In this document: piece by piece, positions 37,295 to 50,661 of the stretch
Layout: every line of letters begins with the position of its first letter
Numbering within the stretch: the first letter of the stretch is position 1
DNA from: Chiloscyllium plagiosum
Lineage: Eukaryota
Reading direction: 5' to 3'
NCBI RefSeq assembly: GCF_004010195.1
Contig: NC_057754.1
Span: 2,264,228 to 2,328,227, forward strand
Length of the DNA: 64,000 nucleotides
Translations under genes and position numbers: made by a program
The notes under the pieces: model-generated
The model's input: the letters and a program-made list of their open reading frames with translations, nothing else
Told to the model about the DNA's origin: nothing
Databases searched by the model: none

Positions 37295-37885
37295 AGACCT
37301 TAGAAAATTCCAAGTGCCTACCAGCTGATTAACTACTTTTATGAAGTGTTGTCACAGATCTATGGTAGGAAATGCAGCACCCAATTTGCACACAGCAAGC
37401 TCCCACAAACACCAAATTGACACTGACTTGATCATTTGTTTTCAGTGATGTCGACTGAGGTATAAATATTGGTCCCAGGATGCTGGCAAGAAGCCCTCCC
37501 CCAACTCCCTAATTTCTTCCAGTAGTGACTGCACCAACTGCACCCCCATCTGACCAAAAGGGTAGATGGGGTCTCAGTTTAGTGTCTCATCTGAAAGACA
37601 GACACCTCCAACAATCCAGTGCTCCCTCCGTGCTGCTGCTCTGCCAGTGTAGCACTCCCTCAGTCCTGTTTTTCTGACACTGCAATCCTCTTTCAGCGTT
37701 GCCTCTTTGACAGTGTGGAGCTCCCTCAGTCCTGTCCCTGAGACACTGCAATGCTCCCTCAGAACTGCATTCCTGATGCTGCAATGTACCCTTAGTACTG
37801 ACCCTCTGACAGTGCAGAACTCGCTCAGTACTGTCCCTCTGGTATTGCCCAAGGTACCAGACTGGACCGTGTGCTCAAATCCTTA
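37295..37885 (-). mobile_element. DeuSINE with a short degenerate 33-bp array (~37605-37845)
   Basis: CCAATTTGCACACAGCAAGCTCCCACAAAC..GTCTCATCTGAAAGACAGACACCTCC, then ~7 units, then GTGCTCAAATCC. Confidence 0.8.
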
Positions 37886-39742
37886 GACTGATGCATCATC
37901 CATCAGCCATCTGCCTGGGAGGAGAGAATCTTACCCCTACTCTTAGGCTGACATTTCACATCTTGTAGACAACACTGAGGTAGATGAGTAATGGAACTGT
38001 TCTTCAGATAGTGATGGCTTGGAATATTAGGACAGAAAACCCTGAGAATTATCTTGTTCCTCCTGGAATACTGCATCTGGATCTTCAAGACCTTCTACTA
38101 AGGCCAGATGTCTGATCCACAGGACACCTCTCAATAGTCAAACACCTCCTACTGTGTAGCTTGAACTTCCATTCTTCTGCTCAACTCATTTTTAAAAAGA
38201 ACATTTCCATTCTCATAACAGACTCGGCTTTAACAAAGCTGTGCGCTGTATATCATGACTGTCACTCTCCTGCAAAAAAAAATCCTTCGCCCGACTGCAG
38301 TCCAGCAGGTTAGTGAGGGAGTACCTATTAAACTATTCATTAATCTGCTGACTGATGATGCTGGAGGCGATTAGCATTTTGAAGGACTCATAATAATCTG
38401 AAACGCCTATTAATTTTAAGCGGTTTTATGCTGTTGGCACTGAGTAAGGAGAAATAAATGTTAAAGATTTAAATGGGCTGCTAAATTTTATGAGATGGCA
38501 AAAAATAAATAAATTCCTTTTTGTTAACTCCCTGTGACATACAGCCTTGCTCATGCAATAGAAATGACCAGATGCAGAGGGGATCTGAAGTCCTTAAGAC
38601 CATGTTGGGTGGGACAGGCTATTAGGCTGAATGGCCTATTGCTTACTTTGTTCTTAGTGGATTCTGCAGGTTAGGTGAAACTTTCAACTCTCAAGTGCCC
38701 ACTGGCTGAGCAAGTAAAGGCATTGTCTGGTGTGTGACTGAGCCAACTTATACTACCAAGTCGAAAGTTCAACCTGCTGCCTGTGCTCAATTGGGTAACA
38801 TTTGTCTGAGGGGGTTGGAGTGGCATACCTTGGTCTGAGCAGCCTGAGGCTTCTGGAGAAGATAAAATGAACCATTGTACCCACTTGTGTTAACTAGATA
38901 CCTGGATATATAGTCGTTAAGTGAAGAAAAGGTTAAACATGCGAGTGATACTGCCCATAATGACATAACCTATTGTTCGGGTCAAACATGGAAATTGGTC
39001 TTAAAGAGGTCTGCCAACATCTACAGAACAAAACCATAGGAAGAGTAGGAGTCAGCCATTCCTGTTCCAACACTCAACAAGGTTTGTCTCTTGGCTACAT
39101 CCATCCACTTGCCTTGGCTCCAGTTTCTTTCATCCACCAAAGGTCTGTTAATATGAGAATTAAAATTAATTGAACTCCAGCATCTGTTGCTTCCTGTGGG
39201 CATAAGTACCAAATTCTGGCCCCTGTTTGTGTGAGGAGATATCTCTGAAGTCACTTCTCAATGGCCTAGCTTTGATTTTCAGGATTTGGCCCCTTGATTT
39301 GAATTTCCCAACCAGCAGTAAACATTTCTGTCAGAGCACAATTCCTTTTAGAATTCTACACCACTCAGTCAAACTGAGCCTCAGACTTCTGCATTCCAGA
39401 AAATATAAGCCTAGCGTCTGTAATCTCTCCTCATAATTAACTTTTGGATTCTTGATAAGACTGTGCTAACTCAGAAGCTCAGAGTGTTAGCTGGATTATA
39501 TCACACACTGATGGAAGAAGTAAAAATCACATTAAGACATGACAACAGATGGAAAGCATTGGACAGAGATACCGAGCACAGCGTGACGACAACCTGACAA
39601 GGGGAGAGGAGAAGGAGCAGTGGGACTAGCTAAAAGTTACTGTAGTCATTAAATCAGCAAGGTTATGAGAGATATTGTTCTGCGATGAATGTGTTAAGGA
39701 CAACCCCCAAGCTATTTTGGCATCAGGTTTACTGGACCACAG

Positions 39743-39990
39743 TTCTGTTGAAGCGTCAGCAGAGTCAAAATATAAATTCTGCTTTCCCCCTGCAGATATT
39801 GCCAGACCTGCTGAATTTCACCAGCAATTTCTGTTTTCATTACTGGCCCACAACTTGGTTTAGTGATCTGCCTCCAGTCCTGGCTGCAAGCCACAATAAG
39901 CTAAGGCCGTTTAAATTCCAGATCTGCTGAGCTTTTCCAGCAGTTTCTTTTGTTTTGTTTCTTATTTCCGACATCCATAGTTCTTCCAGT
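39743..39990 (+). mobile_element. Two degenerate PLE family C pLTR fragments
   Basis: GCCAGACCTGCTGAATTTCACCAGCAATTTCTG and CCAGATCTGCTGAGCTTTTCCAGCAG resemble 13325-13365. Confidence 0.65.
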
Positions 39991-41476
39991 TTCTTGCCAT
40001 TTACTTAACTGGCGCACGGAGCTGTTTGAGTCAAATTTGGCCAACAACACATGATTGTTGAAAATCGTTAAAACTATATGAAATTATTCATGCAAAGGTC
40101 GGCAGATTCTGCTTAGGCAGGGGAATCGAGGCTTATTGAGGGTAGCTGAGAATGAGGAATTTGAAACACAAACAGATGAGCCACTAACTTAGTGAATGGC
40201 AGAGCAGGCTTGAGGGGCTGAATGGTCTACTTCTGCTGCTGTTTTGTATGTTTGTAAATGCTGGCGGCCATAAGGAGCAGCACATCATTGCTGCAGTGAC
40301 TGGTTTGAAAGCCTTTCCGATGTTGCAGCTGTTCTGATGATAAACAAAATCCTTGCTGTGAGCTCTCTCAGCCTGATACCTGATCTCTCAGTCACTGGTC
40401 TTTATTCCCAAAATATCATCATGCAGCTCTCTTCCTGATGTCACATCTGTATTGAGAGGTAGAGCACAGGAATGAAATATGACAGAAGTTGATGACAGCT
40501 ACGTTCAATCTGCCTCTCCTCATTCCTTGTCATTGATGTGGGTCCAGGACTACATACAGGATTTGACACGAGCAACCACTTTTGCTGGAGCCTTAAAACA
40601 AATGGATTTCGTGTTCGGAGCTGTCATTCATATCCAATCCCCTGCCCCGAGCTGTCAATCATATTCACTGAACTCCTCTCTCAATTTAATCTGCCAATCT
40701 GTATAGCCTCATGGTTTAACTTCAAACCCCTCACATCAGTTCACCCATTCACTTACTTTAAATACTGGCATAAATTGGTTTCCAGTCCAGCATTGCCTCG
40801 ATTTTAACATTTACATGCTTTTTGAACAGTGCTGAAACATACCCTTCAGCCCAAGAGACCCATGCTGATAGCTATGCTCCACACGAACTGCCTTCCATCT
40901 TTCTGATCTAAACCAATCATCACTTCCATTCCTTTCTCCCTCATATGGCTATCTCTGTTCCTCTATGTCACATACACTCCCTGTGATAGCAAGCTTCACA
41001 TTCCGACTATGGGAAAATGAGAAATACAAATGATGCTGATGTAACTTTACTTTATCTGCAAATCTTGGCAGCTTATTTGGCTCTGGGGATGTTGCAGCCA
41101 TATCTGATCCTGTCTTCTATGAATGCACCATGTCCTGTAATAACTTTATGGCCAGAGTTTTCCGGAGTTAGGTTGAGCAGAGAGACCTTCACAAATGGCA
41201 GATCTTGATTCTAGAGTTCGCACTCCTGTTCCATTTCCACCAATTCTTAGCAGTGGAGGATATGGATGGGGTAGTCAGCTCATGTAGAGGACTCAAGCCC
41301 AGGCTGATTCCATTGTGGTCCCTTCCCATAAATTTGGCATTGAGTCAGCTGTTTTCACAGACATAGTTTATGGCACCTCAGAGTAGCGATGAACCAATTG
41401 GATTCTCAGTCTTAAGTTGGGAATCCAAAAAGCCATTTAGCATTTCTGTTTGAAATACATTATTTTTGAAATACAT

Positions 41477-41790
41477 GGGGCGGCACGGTGGCACAGTGGT
41501 TAGCATTGCTGCCTCACAGCGCCAGGGACCCGGGTTCAATTCCCACCTCGGGTGACTGTCTATGTGGAGTTTGCACATTCCCCCCGTGTCTGCTTGGGTT
41601 TCCTCCAGGTGCTCCAGTTTCCTCCCAAAGTCCAAAAATGTGCAGATCAAGTGATTTGGCCATGCTATATTGCCCATAGTGTTAGGTGCATTAGTCAGGG
41701 GGAATGGGTCTGGGTGGGCTACTCTTCGGAGGGTCGGTATAGACTTGTTGGGCTGAAGGGCCTGTTTCCACACTGTAAATAATCTAATAT
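41477..41790 (+). mobile_element. HE1-type V-SINE
   Basis: Head, V-domain and tail present. Confidence 0.93.
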
Positions 41791-42822
41791 AATCAAAACT
41801 CATGGCATGACTTTAACATCAGTAAGAGTGCTTGAGAGAAGACATCAGACTAGAAGGAACATATAAAGGGACAGGTCTTACAAACTGCATTAGAGAGCTG
41901 TTTTCAGTAACCTAGATTTAACCGATGTCAGTAAAAGACTATTACAATATATCAGGAGTAATGGAGCCTTACCCAAGCATAAGGAGCCAACAGTCTCATG
42001 GGTGTATGCGTAGACACCCACAATGCAGACATACTAAGACTTAACGCTCGTAGTTACAGCCTAAAGAATATGGCACTAACCACTTGAAAACTGCCACTGG
42101 AGTTATGTGACCTCACCTCCTCTGTTTTATTGATGCTGTTGAGGTTCCATATTGGCTAAAGTCCTGGGAATAACTTCCCTGCTTCTCTTTAAAAGAGTAC
42201 ACCTACTTCCACCTGGAGAGCAGACAGGCCCTCGGCTTAATGAAAGAGCAAACAAAATCTTGAAAGAGCAAGATTTAAGAGAGTTCAGCTTCCATAGAAT
42301 CTATAGATAAGTTTATTGATGATCCTTCAGATTAGTGGAAAACTGTGACTCTGGACTTTGTAATCAGAATTCATAAGCGACAAACTTGGAACTACCAATG
42401 AGTCATTGTCAGAGTTATTACAATCCAAAGGAAATTTCACTTAAGAGAAAGCTATTCCGAATGTGCTGTCAGCAGAAGCCAATGAGAATGACAGGATATC
42501 CCGAGAGGAGAAGGTCAACTTTATCACAGGAAAACAACAGAATCTATCCACTGTACAAGGTATAAACACTTAAAAAGCACACATAACAAACCAACACAAA
42601 GCATAGGCCAAACTGCAGATACTAGGAGTCAGGTCCAATTCGGAAGCTGAGTTAAATGACATTAATCAAATGCAACATTAGCCTGTCCCACCCAACATGG
42701 TCTTAAGGACTTCAGATCCCCTCTGCAGCTGAATTACTGATGTGTAGAAAACTGAAGACTCGACTCCATATCCTACCAAAAGGTTGACTCCATAGTTCAG
42801 TCATGGGGATGTAAGATTTGTA

Positions 42823-42915
42823 CGAAGTCAAAAATCACACAACACCAGGTTAGACTCCAACAGGTTTATTTGAAACTGCAAGCTTTTGGAGCCCCCATTC
42901 CTTCCTCAGGCAGCT
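42823..42915 (-). mobile_element. PLE family B fragment with a degenerate hammerhead
   Basis: AAAAATCACACAACACCAGGTTA..CAAGCTTTTGGAGC..TCCTTCCTCAGG. Possible TSD AGAYTTGTA (42814, 42916). Confidence 0.7.
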
Positions 42916-43293
42916 AGACTTGTAGAAAGGGCCAGTTATACAGAGAAAAGCAGGCTACCCATTGTAATAGATGTCCCTGTGCATGATGGTTGCCACGCTT
43001 GAGCCAAGAGCAGTGGGTACGGATAAGGAGCTTTAACAGGAATAGTATGGTTGCTAAAGAGGTGGCAGGGGAGCAGCAGCGATCCTAACTTGTCCATAAA
43101 GTTGAAGGGGTTGTATAGAGCCACTGCAGGAACCTTGCCTCATTGCAGAACTATTGTCCTCTAATGATTGGTTTGAATGATTATAGTGAGAAATGTCATG
43201 ATGATAATGGTTTGCAAATCATGCAAGGTCGAGATAGACTCATGGTCAAGGTCAACAGTCCTCAAACTGAAGAGCAACCTACCTTCCACACCT

Positions 43294-43643
43294 GAAATCT
43301 CCTCTGCACCCTCTCCAGTGCAATCACATCCCTCCTATACTGTAGTTATCAGAACTGCACACAGTACTCCAGTTGTGACCTAACAAATGTTTTATACAGT
43401 TCCTTGGTCTTGTATTCTGTGCCTTAACTCTGCCTTCTTAACCACATTGTCTACCTGCCCTGTTACCTTAGGCGATTTATGGGTATGCACGCCAAGATCC
43501 CTCTGATCTTTGGTACCTTCCAGGGTCTATCATTCGTGGTGCAATTATAGTCATAGAGTCATAGAGTTGTGCAGCGTGGAAACAGACCCTTCTGTCCAAC
43601 CTGTCCATGCCGATCAGATATCCCAACCCAATCTAGTCCCATT
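43294..43643. repeat. 350-bp direct duplicate of 44972-45356
   Basis: Near-identical sequence, including the junction between an old CR1 and a young CR1 tail. Confidence 0.93.
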
Positions 43644-44291
43644 GTGGAAGAATTTTGAAACCTCCTGTTAGGCAGAATTTGTGAAGTCTGAAACTTGAGG
43701 GGAGATAGGCTAGTGGTTAATGTAATTATATACATGGAGGTATAAGTGGCAACTATGGGAATAAAGTTGGAGGGCACATATTGTATAAGACAATGGCTCT
43801 GAAAGGGTTCATGCTGGAGACTACATTACCCAACCTGATAATGTCATAGTGGGGATAAAGTAGAGCAAATTCTGATCCTGTAGGGTGAAGACCTGCATTA
43901 TTACAATTGTAGTGAAAATGATCAAACAATATTCACCTTTCATCCTGAGGCTTACATGGTGTAAAAATGGTTTTGAAAAGCACCCTGCTGACCACAAATG
44001 GTTACTGTGGTCATCTGACAAGCTCAGGCACTGCATACACAATGTAAGAAATCAGTTGCTTCAGAATTACAATTTTAGCCAAGAGACACTACTCTGTGAG
44101 GTGGCAAAATAATTAATGTCTTTTGTTTAACTCACACTTGCAAGATAGCTGCACATATTAAGAAGTGAAAGTGCCTATAACTATCCAGCTCAGAGTGAGA
44201 CAATGACACAGAAACCAGGACCCATATCCTTTGGGTGAAAAGAGAGAGGAAGCAACATGGACTGATAACAGCAAGAATCCTGGAAACTCTC

Positions 44292-44294
<3 letters not shown>

Positions 44295-44327
<33 letters not shown>

Positions 44328-44348
44328 TTCTCTTTGTCTCTCTCTCTC
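44295..44348. repeat. (CT)n microsatellite
   Basis: Seen directly. Confidence 0.9.
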
Positions 44349-44526
44349 AGTGAGAATCCAAGAACTGCAATCAAACAGAGCAACAGCTAAACAGTTGAAC
44401 TGAGGTCTTTTCATTTTTACAATTCAGGGGATTCAGCATTTGCCTTGCATTTTATGACAGTATTGAACACCAAACTCCCCACTGCTTTGTAAGCTCATTA
44501 CCTGTGATTGTGGATGTATTTGACTC

Positions 44527-45228
44527 AGAGACATTTACAGCACAAAGGAGGCTATTAAGCTCAATGTGTTTGCATTGGTTAACAAATTCTGACTGCACTA
44601 ACCTCAGCTTTCAGCACTTGGGGTGGATCCTATGGCAACCCAAGTGAATATCTAAATAGTCCTTAAATGTTAGGAGAGTTTCTGTCTCAACCACCCTTTT
44701 GAGCAAGTGAGTTCTAGGCTCCCAGTACCTACTGAGTGAAAAGATTTCTCTTCAACTCTTAGCCTTTTACTTCCTCCCTTAAATCTATTTCCCCTAGTTA
44801 TTGACCCCTCTACTAATTGAAAAAAGACCTTATCCACCCTATCTATGTCTCTCATAATCTTTTACACCTCCATCAGGTTCCCTCCCAACCTTTGCTGCTT
44901 CAAAGAAAACAATCCTACCTTTGCCAATCTATGATTATAGCTCAGACCCTTCATTGCAGAAAGCATCCTGGGAAATCTCCTCTGCACCCTCTTCAGTGCA
45001 ATCACATCCCTCCTATACTGTAGTTATCAGAACTTCACACAGTACTCCAGTTGTGACCTAACAAATGTTTTATACAGTTCCTTGGTCTTGTATTCTGTGC
45101 CTTAACTCTGCCTTCTTAACCACCTTGTCTACCTGCCCTGTTACCTTAGGCAATTTATGGATATGCACACCAAGATCCCTCTGATCTTTGGTACTTTCCA
45201 GGGTCTATCATTCGTGGTGCAATTATAA
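44527..45228 (-). mobile_element. Old CR1 3' fragment (resumes at ~45835-45935)
   Basis: MRDIDRVDKVFFQLVEGSITRGNRFK. Confidence 0.75.
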
Positions 45229-45820
45229 TCATAGAGTCATAGAGTTGTGCAGCATGGAAACAGACCCTTCTGTCCAACCTGGTGCAGCATGGAAACAGAC
45301 CCTTCTGTCCAACCTGTCCATGCCGATCAGATATCCCAACCCAATCAAGTCCCATTTGCCAGCACCTGGCCCATATCCCTCCAAACCCTTCCTATTCATA
45401 TACCAATCCAGAGGCCTTTTAAGTGTTGCAATTGTACCAGCCTCCACCACATCCTCTGGCAGCTCATTCCATACATGTACCACCCTCTGCATGGAAAAGT
45501 TGCTCATTAGGTCCCTTTTATATCTTTCATCTCTCACCCTAAACCTATGCCCTCTAGTTTTGGACTCCCTCACCCCAGGGAAAAGACCTTGTCTATTTAC
45601 CCTATCCATGCCTCTCATGATTTTATAAATCTCTATAAGGTCACCCCTCAGCCTCCGACACGCCAGGGAAAACAGCCCCAGCCTATTCAACCTCTCCCTA
45701 TGGCTCAAATCCTCCTAACCTGGCAAAATCCTTGTAAATCTTTTCTGAACCCTTTCAAGTTTCACAACATCCTTGCAATTGCAATAGGTAAGAGACCAGA
45801 ATTGCATGTAATATCTATCT
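45229..45820 (-). mobile_element. Young CR1 3' fragment with a 35-bp tandem duplication in the tail (45247-45316)
   Basis: ORF 45229-45708 LNRLGLFSL..RGDLIEIYK..WNELPE, and GTGCAGCATGGAAACAGACCCTTCTGTCCAACCTG twice. Confidence 0.93.
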
Positions 45821-48800
45821 CCCATGGATTACCTCAGACTTTTCTGGGTTGAATTCCATTCGCCACTGCTCTGCCCAGCTGATCTGTCCAATGATATCCT
45901 CCTGCAGTTTATGGCTGTCCTCCTCTCTATTTACTAGTTGATGCAAGTGTTAAGACTCACTAGTAGTTAATCATCTACCAGTACAAACCAGATAGGCCCT
46001 TTGACCCAGTCAAGGAAAGTGGAATGATGGCAGAAACCTTCTAACTACAAATATCACACCACAACAATCTGAAGCCGAGGCAAGAATGCAACCAACTGAG
46101 CTCCAGTTGACACTTAAGTCTTGCTAGTTTCAGTTCCTGGGATGCTATCTCCATCCACAAGTAAAGTGTGTCATCAACTTTAGCATTTGGAAAAAGTGTT
46201 CAGAGAAAGTTGTGTTTTGTGCCTGATCATGATGCTTTCCATTGGGTGCATGCATTCCCAGTGTAGAATACTCTCTTTCTCAATGGATCCCATGAGAGTG
46301 ATGGGATCACCTTCTATTCAATTATAAACCATTATAAGAAATAAGAACAGGTACACAATATTCTTCTGCCTCGAATCCATTTACCCTCCCTCTCACCATA
46401 CCTCTTACTCAATCAGTCCTCATAAAACAAACACATCTTCCTCAATTGAAGTCAGATGTTAAAAAGTATTTTTTACTGGGTTTTTACTGAGTAAAGGCAT
46501 TTGTCTTTAAACACTTTTGGTGCTGCTCCTGCAGCAGGACCTGCAGTTTCAGCGTCAAAAGAAGTGGGTTTAAAGATACATTGTTTATTTTCATGATGTT
46601 GTTTGACAATTGATTAGGGAGAGCCTTCCCTGCTCCACTCTGCATGAGGAAGCAAATGAGGCCTCAGTTCAAAATCTCGTCTAAACAACAGCTCTGACAG
46701 TGCAGCCTTCCCTCGACTGGCTTCAAAAGTGTGAGCATAGATTGTGTCTCTAGAATGGGACTTGAATCCTGATTCAGAAGCAAGAATGCTATCACGGCAA
46801 CTCTGCATTTTATGCCCTCCTATCAAAGTGTGCCATTGACCAAGCCACCTGGGCAAAGACTTCATATGGCAGTAGTTTATTCAGATTAGTTGCATGAACC
46901 CCAAACAGGAGATTCTAAAACCGAGGCTGCTATCGTTTTAGGGAAGTCCTCTTCCAACCTGTGACAGACTACATAAGCACAGCAACCCAGAATTTCAGAG
47001 TGCTGAAACCTCCAGTCACTTTGCTTATCTTCTGGCTATTGCCCAGTACAGTGCGTGTGTGCATCTTTCTGCTGCACTAATTTAAATCTGAGGAAACTGC
47101 GGAAAAGTAAAACAGATTGGAGGACAAACTTTCTTCCATCAATTCCAAGGCCCTGTCTCTTTGTCCATTATCGCTCTCAGCTAAGAGGCCCATTACTGGC
47201 CCTTGTTTTTAATTACCGCATGGAACCTTGGAGGAAGTGGCTTCCTCTGGCAGCCAGTTCTCTGACAGAGACGAATTATGCAGTGTTAATTAGTATTAAT
47301 GCTATTATTCCTTCCAGGAAAACTGCGCTGTTTTGCTTTCAGGCTCTCAGCTGTCTGCTTGCCCAATTTAATCAATCACACAAGGCCTACTTGAGAAAGG
47401 CTTCCTCTTGCTGTCCTGGCTGACTTTGCCATTCTCCATTAATTCAGGGTTTGACAAATGTTGTCAGCTAAAACAAATATGAGAGGATTGACGCTAATAA
47501 ATATTTTGATGGGGTCATAAATAATAGTTAAAAGCATAATTTTTTTTGTCCTGTTTAAGCTGATTTTTTGTTTCAAAAAAGATTTTTATTAACATTAACC
47601 AGTCAATGCAATTCTTTATCAACAGAACTTTTTCTCATATTTTATTCTATTCAGTTTTACTTTTAATCACACCATGTAATGTCAGCAAAATTTTAACATT
47701 GGTATGAGAGAAGGACATAGTTAGGGGTATAGTTTAAAGCAATTTGAGAATCAAGGGGGAAGAATTTGACAAAAGAGCAAACAAAAATGTGCAGCGGCAT
47801 TATAAAAGATAAGGAAACACTAATTAACCGATTGATGTCCCACATCACTGTTCCAGTGTTGTCTGTATTTTGCAGCAATTTCTGGTTTTTATCACTGCTG
47901 CAAACATACCTGTGGGTGAATGACCCAGTAACTGTTAATTTCAGGCACAACGTCACAGGCTGGCTTTCTATTCTTTTTATTCTTCAAATCAACACTTGTT
48001 ACCCATGCTTCATTGCCATTTTAAGGTGGTTGTGAACCATTATTTATAAATGGCTGCAGTCCATGTGGTTCAGCTACATCCACAGCAACACCTCTGTGGG
48101 CCTGGGGATCACGGAGGTTGGCACGTCATCACCCATATCCTCACTCCACTTTCACAATCCGTGAATCATCTCGTGCGCCATTCTCATTGACACCATCTGC
48201 TTGCCCAGTATTTGAGCTGATGCATGGGAGAGAGAAAGAGAATGGCATGGAGTGAGATTGAGGGAGTTGGAGCAGAGAAATACTTTCAGGAGGTCTTTTA
48301 TTGAGATGACACTATCTTGCCCATGGGGTTGGGCACAGGATGTTTAGTCTCTCCACCTCCTCTTCCTCATCAACATCAGTGGATGACGAGGATCCTGTCA
48401 GAATCTTTAGAAGAGACTTCACATTCTCTAGACTTTTGTTTATTTTTGGTGTATGAGCCAATATTTATAGTTCAACCAACATCCCGAAAACAGATTCTCT
48501 GATAATTATCACATTGTTGTTTGTGAGAGCTTGCTCTATGTAAATTGGCTGCACTTCAAAAAGTACTTCAGCAGCTGTTGTGTGCTTTGAAAAGTTCTGA
48601 GCTGATGAAAAGGCTGTATAAAATCATTAGTTTTTCTCTTTCTGTGATGGTTATGCTTGTGCAGCTTATCTCCACGTTTAATCGGACATTTTTGGCCCTG
48701 CTGTTTGCAGTTATACAGCTCGAGACCAGCTTTTGCATATTATTATTCTGTCATAATGCGTGAATCGAGAGTCTTTTCTAATGTTGTGCTGTTTTAGGCT

Positions 48801-50131
48801 GAGAAGCACTCATGTTTTAAATATTTTAGAAGGGAACCGCATACGTGGGGAGAAATGGGATGGGGAGCATGCCTACGTGGCCTATAAGAAGTCAGATTGA
48901 ACATTGACAATTCTGCCAGTGCTCAACAGGAGCAATGCTGCTTGTAAAAGCTCTAAAGGACAATCAGTTATTGGAGGGTTAAAGAGAGGCAAGTGAGAAG
49001 CTGCCGACTTATGGACTCTGTGACAATTTATTCTCTTAAGTAGCAGATCAATTCCAAACCCTCTATGTTCCCCTTGATTTATAGAGTGTATTAGGATGTA
49101 CTCTATCCTTCATGTGTGCCTTACGTGCAGTTGCAGTTCTGAATGTGTAACGGACAGGCTTTAGTTGAGAGAGTATAAGTAAACACTATTACAGCAGCCT
49201 CCATTTGACATTCTTTCTATTTGCAATGGTTTCAGCAGGGGACCTTAATGGACGCACAGTATTTTATTCTGCTTTTCTTCTCAGGTCACTGCAGCACTTC
49301 TCAAACAAAGACTTTCAAAGAGGTTTTGGCCATACAGATTACAGTGCAAATTGGTTCAGGCTGGAGACATGAATCATTTTATCCCGAGCGAGAGTATTAG
49401 ATTTAAGGGATTTTAGATTTACTCAGAAGGTATCAGGAATGTGAGACTTCATTGCATGCAGAGAGACTGGAGAAGCTGGGGATTGTTCTTCTCAGAGCAG
49501 AAAAAGTTAGGGGGGAAGGGATTGAGTGGAGGCATTCAAAATCACGAAAGGTTTTGGGTGAGTAAGTAAGTAAGGGGCTACAGGAGGATCAGAAACCAGA
49601 GAGATAGATGTAAGAAAATCAAGATTAGAACCAGAGAAATTTTGACCGAGTGAGTCGCTGTGATCTGAAAGGGTAGTGGAAGTAGATCGAACAGGAACTT
49701 GGGTAAGTACTTGAAAGGGAGAAAATAATAATTACAGGATGATGGAGCAGGACCAAGAGAATGGGTTTAAGTGGGTAGTTCCTTCCAAAAGTCTGTTCCT
49801 GTGCTGTAAAATTCTAAAATCATGAGGGAGCTTTCACAGCTGGGTGAAGGATAATTGTTACTTATTTGCTTGGCTGTTTTTGTCCTGGTCTGTCTTTTAC
49901 CTTTGTCCTTTCAGTTCTTGTCCTCTTTTGTATTGTGCTGGAGGTGCTAGATCACCTTCCCGGTTCCTCATTGAAATGCTGTTCTTGGTATGTGCAAATC
50001 CCTAAGGCTATTATTCAGCTGTGGAATTAATCACAAACATGAGCCCATAATCACCCAGTCTGCTTTGCCATGAGCACCCGAGTGGTCATCAGGGCTGAGG
50101 AATTGGCTGTTATCCCAGTTGGGCTATGGTC

Positions 50132-50612
50132 AGATGTCATCACATTACAGGAAGGATATGGAGGGTTTGGTGAGGGTGCAGGAGAGGTTTATCAGCATGT
50201 TGCCTGGATTAGAGGGTATGAGTTATAAGGAGAGGCTAGAAAAACTCTGGTTGTTTTCTCTCAAGTGGCAGAAGCTGAGGGGAGACTTCAGAGAGGTCTA
50301 TAAAATAATGAGATGCTTAGAAAGGTTGACAGTCAGAATCATTTCCCCAGAGTTGGATTATCTAATACTAGGGGGCATGTATTTAAGGTGAGGGGGGGAA
50401 AGTTCAAAGAAGATGTGAGGGGCAAGTTTTTTTTACATAGAGAGTGCAGTAGAGGAGCATTTATGGGACTTTTGGGAAGCATGTGAATATGCAAGGAATA
50501 GAGAGATATGGACCAAGGGCAGGCAGACAGAAAAGGTTAGTTTCATTTGGTGTCATTTTTGACACAACATTGTGGGCCAAAGGGCCCATTTCTGTGCTGT
50601 CCTGTTCTATGC
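50132..50612 (+). mobile_element. CR1 3' fragment
   Basis: HYRKDMEGLVRVQERFISMLPGLEGMSYKERLEKL. Confidence 0.85.
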
Positions 50613-50661
50613 TCAATGTGGCAACCTTTAAAATTATAAGAAATTGTTTACCATTAATTAA

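Noticed and set aside
38362..38402. C/D box snoRNA (TGATGA..CTGA)
   Set aside because: The boxes are only ~40 nt apart and there is no terminal stem.
38573..42727. 4.15-kb DNA transposon defined by 49-bp TIRs
   Set aside because: No TSD and no transposase. The interior is ordinary old sequence while the repeats are perfect. Kept as a templated-insertion finding instead.
49260..49415. Polypyrimidine tract and AG followed by a short open frame (possible exon)
   Set aside because: The peptide is unrecognisable, there is no clear donor and no partner exons.
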